From sequence record DRR723986_3489: a stretch of 20,000 nucleotides of DNA, one strand, 5' to 3'. The notes beneath the pieces were generated by a model, which saw only the letters and a list, made by a program, of their open reading frames with translations, had not been told where the DNA came from and did not search any database. Position 1 is the stretch's first letter; the number at the start of each line of letters is the position of its first letter. Below are positions 9,144-15,218 of the stretch, one piece after another. The position numbers and the translations under genes are program-made.

Positions 9144-9881
9144 TTACTTGTCTTCTTTCTCCAATATGGAAATTAGCATTGTTGACTCTTCTCGATCAGC
9201 GGCATCGAGCAAAGGAATAGCTGCTTCAAAGTTACCTTCTTTGACCATAATCAGTCCTAAGTACCAATTGGCATCCTTGTAAAAATAACTTTCCTCTGTG
9301 CCCGTGATATTGCCTAATAGCTGCTTACTTTTTTGAAAATCATCTAATTCCAGATAAGATAGTCCTAAGAAGTAATTAAGTGTATCACTTGAAGGATTAT
9401 CGGCTAATAACTTGTCCCATCGATTCACAGCTTCACTGTATTCACCTAATTTGAAATCCACCATACCTCTGGCAAATTCATAATCGCCTGCTGATGACAT
9501 CGTAGAAATCAGCCCTGGATCGGTATGATAGTAGGACTGAAAAATCTTTTCCTGAGGGGAAGTGGATTGAGTTGCCCACCAGATTCCAGCCAGAATAAAC
9601 AGACTGATAGAGGCCGCTATTGCCCAATACATCAGGTGAATCTTGTTTTTTTCTGGTTGGACCTTTTCTATGTCCATATGGAATACATTCAGTTTTTCCT
9701 TCAATGCCGCTCGTTGAATGCCCTCTCTGAGATCTCGAATTTCTTCCACATTGATTCTAAAATCTTCCTCCTGACTCAGACGGGCTTCCACTTTTGCTAT
9801 ACTAGTGGAATCTAGATTCCCATCGAGGTAATTTTCAATCAACTCAAAGTCTTCAGACGATATTTGCGCTTTATTATTCAA
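9144..9881 (-). CDS. Putative anti-sigma factor: N-terminal helical domain, single TM, C-terminal TPR domain
   Basis: IENYLDGNL...VEARLSQEEDF N-terminus resembles anti-sigma domains. TM YWAIAASISLFILAGIWW. TPR-like YFLGLSYLEL and ANWYLGLIMVKEGNFEAAIPLL. ATGA overlap with the sigma gene. Confidence 0.7.
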   Translation of the reverse strand: MNNKAQISSEDFELIENYLDGNLDSTSIAKVEARLSQEEDFRINVEEIRDLREGIQRAALKEKLNVFHMDIEKVQPEKNKIHLMYWAIAASISLFILAGIWWATQSTSPQEKIFQSYYHTDPGLISTMSSAGDYEFARGMVDFKLGEYSEAVNRWDKLLADNPSSDTLNYFLGLSYLELDDFQKSKQLLGNITGTEESYFYKDANWYLGLIMVKEGNFEAAIPLLDAADREESTMLISILEKEDK

Positions 9882-10450
9882 CTCTCTTTTTCTCCTTCCT
9901 GTATGATATTTTTAAGCTTCTGCATGCAGCGATATTTGTTGTTTTTGGCCGTTTGGGCTGTCCAACCCATCGCCCTTGATACTTGAGTCAACGATTCTTT
10001 TTTGTAATAAAACCTTGTCAGAAGTTCATGACAATCCTTGCCAATTTTCTGAAAAGCATATTCTATTTTTAAATAGTACGCTTCCTTATCATGTACTTCA
10101 AGATTCGGAAAATCGGTTATATCTCGCTCTTCAAGGGGTACTGTCTTTTTTGTTTTAGACGATCTTAAGTGATCCAACCATTTGTTCTTAGCAATTTGAA
10201 ATAGGTAGCCAACGAGGGCAGATTCATTTTCCGGTGCAAATTTCCCCGATCTGATATTCGTCCAGAAAGAAATAAATGCATCCTGAAATATATCTTTTGC
10301 CTGATCTTCACTACCACTATTTCTCAGTATAAAATGCTGCACTTTTGGAAAACCTAACTTATATATCGACTGTAACACAACATTATCGTTATTGATAATG
10401 GCCTTAGTGAGTTCCTCCTGTGAATAAGAATTAAAAATATCCTTTGGCAT
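9878..10450 (-). CDS. ECF-type RNA polymerase sigma-70 factor
   Basis: Region 2 (AKDIFQDAFISFW...YLFQIAKNKWLDHLR) and region 4 HTH (CHELLTRFYYKKESLTQVSRAMGWTAQTAKNNKYRCMQKLK), no region 3. Start is ATG 10450 or TTG 10468. Confidence 0.93.
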   Translation of the reverse strand: MPKDIFNSYSQEELTKAIINNDNVVLQSIYKLGFPKVQHFILRNSGSEDQAKDIFQDAFISFWTNIRSGKFAPENESALVGYLFQIAKNKWLDHLRSSKTKKTVPLEERDITDFPNLEVHDKEAYYLKIEYAFQKIGKDCHELLTRFYYKKESLTQVSRAMGWTAQTAKNNKYRCMQKLKNIIQEGEKES

Positions 10451-10598
10451 ACTTGTTACAATTGCCAAGAAGATACAATTAAATGTATTTCAGCTCAAGA
10501 ATATTTGAGGAAATAGATCAATAGACATATGCTCAGCTTCTAAATATTAGGATTGAGATTATTACTTCCCTTCACAATTAAGATTGAACTCATTATAT

Positions 10599-10626
10599 CA
10601 TCGGCCAAAGGCAAAAATGTCATCAA
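10599..10626 (-). promoter_or_regulatory. Candidate ECF-sigma promoter, copy upstream of sigma/anti-sigma
   Basis: Minus strand TTGATGAC-N15-CGATG. Its TGA (10625-10623) is the CHAT stop codon. Confidence 0.65.
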
Positions 10627-13600
10627 CCCTTGGGATTTTTGATTAGTTTAAAAACAAACCAACTTCCAATCAAACCAAGAAGAATTAAAGTGACTATCCA
10701 ATACATAGGAACCGGTTTCTCCAACGCTAAGGGCTCAGTAGATCCCATGACAATTAATCCTGCCCAGAAATTCGGAGCTAATGCGCGACTTTCGGCAGTA
10801 GATAGGTAATTCAGCTTCGCGACTCTTAATGCTTGATCTTTAGTCAAGCCCTTGGCAAGATTTTCATAAAAATCCATTGCAATATCTGAGCTAGCATGTT
10901 CGTCTATTTTCCAGATACCCATCAGCATGCTTTTACTTCCTGCATAGTTAAAAGCATGCGCCAGCGAAATCATCCCCTCGCCTGGTGAATAGGAAGGTTT
11001 TCCTGATTCACACGCAATGAGTACCGCCAATTCCGAACTCAAATCCATCGCATAAATATCCTTCACGAAGAGCGAGTTCTCGTCTTCTGGATGATTCGTT
11101 GACTTCGCGAAAAATAAACGAGAGAGATTAGGACTAATATTATTCGATTCTGCATGAGTTCCGATATGGATAATCTTGTGCTTTCCGGCCTCGAGTTTAA
11201 ATCTATTCACAGTTGATTTTTCATCTGTAAAAATCCTACCTCCAAAAATTTTAGAAATCCCTGCGACAAGTTGTTTGGTAAAAGGTTGGGGCAAAAGAGT
11301 CAGATAAGCACGATCAAGGGTCAGCGAATCTTTCACTTCGCTGAGGTAGCTCTCTTTCATTACATCAAAAAACCCGGGAGCAAAAGCCACGAATTCGGAT
11401 TCATACGAAGCTGATTTCCTACCATAATCAAACAAAAGTGTGCTATAATGGTAAGAAAAGCTATGCGATGCAATCAGGCTTTTTGTCGCTAATTCTGAAT
11501 AACGATGAATGCGTTGTGGGGTCAAAATCTCAAAACTCAAATTAAATAACAGACCATCCGGAACGATCAGCACATGCTCAGTAGTTATGTAGGGCTCTAA
11601 AGGCATCCAAAGTCGGTCATATAGCTGCTTCAAATCAGCGGTCGATTGCTTTTCATCAGACCAATTGTCTTGCAATCGGTTCAAAATCGTTGAAAGGCCT
11701 TCAAACTCCAACTCTATAAGGCTCTTCTGATCTTGCTTCATTACTAATGCCTTCAGCTCCGTTCCAACAAAAAAATATCGGATCACAGAAGTGTTATCAG
11801 GGATTGATTCCTGGATTTTATCAATAGATCTTTCCAAACTTGCGTACCTGAAATCATAATAGGTTGAGTATTGAGTCCTTAGGTTTTCCACAAATCTCTC
11901 CCATTCATGATTCGCTAGGAGATAATTTTGCACCCCATCTACTTCATTATTAAGAGCATTTTCAAGTTTTGATTTTAATGCTTCTTCTTCCTCAAAAATC
12001 TCAATTGGCACATTTGCAAAGCGCAGCTGTCCATTTTGTTCTAGCCTCAGACGGATCTTTTGATATATCCCAGATTCGTGTAAGCTTAGCAAATCCTCAA
12101 CATAAGACTCGTCGTTGGTCTTTTGATAAAGCTCAAAAGTCAGTTGCTTCAAGAAATCAAAATAATCCTTATTGTCCTGAATCAGCAGATTTACATCATC
12201 CTCGGATTCCAAAAATGTTTTCCTCCTCTCCAGAAATTCAACTCCTTCGTCTAATTCACTTACCAGAGACTTCAAAAAGGCTGGACTTCTTTCCGTTTCC
12301 AAGTAATATTGAGACTTCACTTTAAGCAAAATTGCCTGAGGCTTTTTCAGATTTACACGGATAGAGTCCAGTCTTTCGGTTTGATTTACAAGATGCATTT
12401 TCAGGATTTGCAATGCCTCTATACTCAGATTTTGAGCCTTTCTGTAATTTCCAGAAATGAATGAAACATCTGCCATGCTCAATGATTGATCAAAGAGTTG
12501 GAGACTAGTCCCATTTCCAATGGTATTTAAATATTGATATGCCTTAGAGGCAGTACTTTCCGCTAGACTTTGGTTTCTATTTTCGGCTAAAAACTTACTA
12601 TAGTTAGTTAGAAACTCGAGGTAAACAAGGTCAAAATCACCGCCAAGTACATTTTGGTATAGTGCATCTGCCCGTTGATAGTATGTCAAAGCTAATTCAT
12701 CATTTCCCTCATAATCTTCCACTCTCGCCAAGGCATTCCATCCGTCAGCCTCCCAAAAGTCTCGGTTTCCAGCAATTTGCTTCAGTCCATCCAAACCCGT
12801 CTGAAGGATAGCTCTGGCATCTTCCATTTCAAACATTTCATAGTATAGCTGACCCAAGAGAATTTTGGAATTGATTACTTCTTTATTGGCTAACCCAAAT
12901 GAACTCAACTTCTTAGAATGAGCATATTCAAGCAGATTTTTAGCTTTTTGAAAATTCCCAAGTTCTTTATAAATGCCTCCAAGGTTATCTACCGCTTGTA
13001 GGTAAAACTCTAAAGTTTTATTCTTTTCCGCTGGATCACTCAATGAATCTTGATAGAAAACAAGATTACTGAGCACCTTTTCCATAGACTGAATTGCTTG
13101 GCTCATATGGCCTGAAGCACTCTGAACCCCGGATAGATTATTGTAAATCAGGGCTGTTCGATAATACTTATTTCTTGGAGTTTGGTTCAGCAGAGAGATC
13201 GCCTCAAGGCATTGTTCATAATAATACTCTGCTGAATCTAACTTGGAAGAAAAATAGGAAAGGTTGCCCAGATAGCTATTTGTGAGGTAAACCGACTCTG
13301 GATCTGGGTCTTTTAGGAGGAAATCAAGTGCCTCATGGAGATGCATTTTGGCAGATTCCAGATCCATTCGATTGATAGAATAGGCGCCAAGATTCATCTT
13401 GATCTTTCCCTTTTCCTTATCACTAACTACTCCTTGGCTCTTTATCGCAGCATCGAATGCTTTGAGTTCAAACTGATATGCTGATTCTGTGTCTCCAAGG
13501 TATTCATACCAATTGGCCGCAGTCATCCAAAGGTCTTTTTGATAGATAGGGCCAGGCATTTGCTTTTCCCATCCCAAAATCAAATCATCCATCATTTGAA

Positions 13601-13850
13601 TTGCCACTGGATAAGCATGAATCTCTAGTAATGCTCTTCCATATACTTCCAAATAATCAGGTATTACTTCCTGTTGCTTATTCTTTACTACTTCTGAAAG
13701 AACTTGCTTAAGCTCTTTCAACGCAACCGCTGCTTGATCCATGGAGATCAAACTATCTAAAGACTTTATTTTCGAATCTAAAGTCTGCCCTTCTACCAAA
13801 AAAGACAAAAGAACGAAAAGTAAAGAAGTTGCATATTGAAGAGGTTTCAT
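10623..13850 (-). CDS. TPR-CHAT domain protein (caspase-hemoglobinase fold protease), signal peptide plus C-terminal TM anchor
   Basis: Signal peptide MKPLQ...SFLVEG|Q, many TPR-like helices, CHAT motifs LIVPDGLLFNLSFE, IIHIGTHA (His899), VLIACESG (Cys947), GEGMISLAHAFNYAG, WKIDE, PNFWAG, and a hydrophobic C-terminal helix followed by KLIKNPKG. Confidence 0.93.
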   Translation of the reverse strand: MKPLQYATSLLFVLLSFLVEGQTLDSKIKSLDSLISMDQAAVALKELKQVLSEVVKNKQQEVIPDYLEVYGRALLEIHAYPVAIQMMDDLILGWEKQMPGPIYQKDLWMTAANWYEYLGDTESAYQFELKAFDAAIKSQGVVSDKEKGKIKMNLGAYSINRMDLESAKMHLHEALDFLLKDPDPESVYLTNSYLGNLSYFSSKLDSAEYYYEQCLEAISLLNQTPRNKYYRTALIYNNLSGVQSASGHMSQAIQSMEKVLSNLVFYQDSLSDPAEKNKTLEFYLQAVDNLGGIYKELGNFQKAKNLLEYAHSKKLSSFGLANKEVINSKILLGQLYYEMFEMEDARAILQTGLDGLKQIAGNRDFWEADGWNALARVEDYEGNDELALTYYQRADALYQNVLGGDFDLVYLEFLTNYSKFLAENRNQSLAESTASKAYQYLNTIGNGTSLQLFDQSLSMADVSFISGNYRKAQNLSIEALQILKMHLVNQTERLDSIRVNLKKPQAILLKVKSQYYLETERSPAFLKSLVSELDEGVEFLERRKTFLESEDDVNLLIQDNKDYFDFLKQLTFELYQKTNDESYVEDLLSLHESGIYQKIRLRLEQNGQLRFANVPIEIFEEEEALKSKLENALNNEVDGVQNYLLANHEWERFVENLRTQYSTYYDFRYASLERSIDKIQESIPDNTSVIRYFFVGTELKALVMKQDQKSLIELEFEGLSTILNRLQDNWSDEKQSTADLKQLYDRLWMPLEPYITTEHVLIVPDGLLFNLSFEILTPQRIHRYSELATKSLIASHSFSYHYSTLLFDYGRKSASYESEFVAFAPGFFDVMKESYLSEVKDSLTLDRAYLTLLPQPFTKQLVAGISKIFGGRIFTDEKSTVNRFKLEAGKHKIIHIGTHAESNNISPNLSRLFFAKSTNHPEDENSLFVKDIYAMDLSSELAVLIACESGKPSYSPGEGMISLAHAFNYAGSKSMLMGIWKIDEHASSDIAMDFYENLAKGLTKDQALRVAKLNYLSTAESRALAPNFWAGLIVMGSTEPLALEKPVPMYWIVTLILLGLIGSWFVFKLIKNPKG

Positions 13851-13940
13851 TTAGATAAGAGGCTTCTTTGAAAAAAGGATGCAAATTATATCCCTTAAAA
13901 GTTAGAAATAATCCGGGTGAAAAATGCCCAGACAAATTCA

Positions 13941-13970
13941 CATCGGTCAAAATGAATAAAGTCATCAAAA
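13941..13970 (-). promoter_or_regulatory. Candidate ECF-sigma promoter, copy upstream of the CHAT gene
   Basis: Minus strand TTTTGATGAC-N15-CGATG, about 90 nt before the CHAT ATG. Confidence 0.65.
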
Positions 13971-13984
13971 AAGTATTAAAACAC

Positions 13985-14011
13985 AAAAAGCCCCACATTT
14001 CTGTGAGGCTT
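13985..14011 (-). terminator. Intrinsic terminator after tRNA-Leu
   Basis: Minus strand AAGCCTCACA-GAAA-TGTGGGGC-TTTTT: GNRA loop and U tract. Confidence 0.8.
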
Positions 14012-14014
14012 ATG

Positions 14015-14098
14015 TACCAGGAGCGGGAATCGAACCCGCACGGCCTTACGGCCACAAGATTTTAAGTCTTGCGTGTCTACCTATTCCACCATCCCGGC
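14015..14098 (-). tRNA. tRNA-Leu (anticodon TAA)
   Basis: GCCGGGA/TCCTGGT acceptor stem, CAAGA-CTTAAAA-TCTTG anticodon arm, long variable arm GGCC-GTAA-GGCC, GGTTCGATTCC T-arm. CCA not encoded. Confidence 0.97.
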
Positions 14099-14139
14099 TT
14101 CACTCCAGCTTTTTGGAGCTACTGTTTTCTTGAAACAAG

Positions 14140-14162
14140 AAAGCCCTTGAATCAAGGGCTTT
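14140..14162. terminator. Near-perfect palindromic hairpin between tRNA-Gly and tRNA-Leu
   Basis: AAAGCCCTTGA-A-TCAAGGGCTTT immediately 3' of tRNA-Gly. Confidence 0.55.
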
Positions 14163-14165
14163 TTG

Positions 14166-14238
<73 letters not shown>

Positions 14239-14276
14239 GTTGTTAACTGAAACGTGATCCAGTTGAATTGTGGATG

Positions 14277-14306
14277 CAAAGGTAAGCGTCATTAATAAAA
14301 TCGCAA
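14277..14306 (-). promoter_or_regulatory. Bacteroidota housekeeping promoter for the tRNA pair
   Basis: -7 TACCTTTG at 14284-14277 and TTG at 14306-14304 with a 19-nt spacer. Confidence 0.7.
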
Positions 14307-14375
14307 GCATTCATTCGTTATTTTTTTCACACATTCTAAAAAAACTGGAGTTTACCGTTGATTTACAGACAAGTA

Positions 14376-15173
14376 TCAAAATGGATAACTAGATAATATT
14401 TTTACCATTTCTCCCAAATTTCGGGCATTGAGCTTTTTAAGGATGTTTTTCCGATGAGTCCCTACAGTATTCACTGAAATATTTAAGTGTGCAGCAATTT
14501 CCTTGGACTCTTTACCATCCAGAATCAGATCAACAATTTCCTTTTCCTTTTTGGTGAGAGAAACCACACGGCTATTTGGAGAGTTTTTACTCACAAATAC
14601 TCTTGTTTCATCTGCTTTTTGGTAGGAATAATTCCAATCGTACCCACCAGATTTAGGTGGATTGTGCATTTGCACTATAATATGCAAGTCCATCGCAAAA
14701 TTCCCCGCTGAATCAATTAAATAAGGTCTTACTTTTCCCAGCATCCAAGAAATGGCCTTCGTCTTTCGATGAACCCAACGCGTAGTGTATGAAAATTCAA
14801 AGGTATGCTTCTCAGCCAAAGTGAGTTGATGGAAGTTATCGAAAACAATTTTCTGAAAGCGGAAAAGCTCCTCTCTATCTTCAGGATGTATCATTGCAAA
14901 GGAAGTTTCCATTCCTTGCGAACGAAACATAGCTGCTGGATAGCCTGTCAACTCCTCTACATTGCCCGTGAAAAAAGCCAAACTCAATTTTCTATAGTCA
15001 AAGCAGGCAATCGTAAGACCTTCCTGCATGCCAATATTCTGGCTCAATTGCTCGAGTTGCTCCATTTTATGGTCTTCTTCTGGATGGTCTTGAAACTCCT
15101 GCTCTTTCCACTCCTGAAAAAATTGAGTGTATTTATTTTGCTTCCGCAAATCTTTTAGCAATACTTTATCCAT
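14376..15173 (-). CDS. PAS-domain / LuxR-type HTH transcriptional regulator
   Basis: PAS motifs NVEELTGYP and MIHPEDRE, and C-terminal LTKKEKEIVDLILDGKESKEIAAHLNISVNTVGTHRKNILKKL. Confidence 0.9.
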   Translation of the reverse strand: MDKVLLKDLRKQNKYTQFFQEWKEQEFQDHPEEDHKMEQLEQLSQNIGMQEGLTIACFDYRKLSLAFFTGNVEELTGYPAAMFRSQGMETSFAMIHPEDREELFRFQKIVFDNFHQLTLAEKHTFEFSYTTRWVHRKTKAISWMLGKVRPYLIDSAGNFAMDLHIIVQMHNPPKSGGYDWNYSYQKADETRVFVSKNSPNSRVVSLTKKEKEIVDLILDGKESKEIAAHLNISVNTVGTHRKNILKKLNARNLGEMVKILSSYPF

Positions 15174-15218
15174 GAAAAAATCATTTTATTTTTAAGATAA
15201 GACACGAAAACAAACATC

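Noticed and set aside
10469-10593. Two tiny ORFs in the sigma leader (MSSILIVKGSNNLNPNI, MSIDLFPQIFLS)
   Set aside because: Too short and featureless to support; expected by chance in AT-rich DNA.
10623-13850. CHAT as a CRISPR type III-E Csx29 or gasdermin-activating protease
   Set aside because: No cas genes, array or gasdermin-like ORF in the window, and the signal peptide plus TM anchor do not fit those cytoplasmic systems.
13881-13890. TATAATTTGC upstream of CHAT as a housekeeping promoter
   Set aside because: Does not match TAnnTTTG spacing exactly; cannot be supported without TSS data.
6465-14015. Module as an active integrative element or prophage
   Set aside because: No integrase, transposase, phage genes or att-like repeat of the tRNA-Leu 3' end found.
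13753-14065. ORFs 13753-14055 (-) and 13868-14065 (+)
   Set aside because: They overlap tRNA-Leu, its terminator and the CHAT promoter; spurious.
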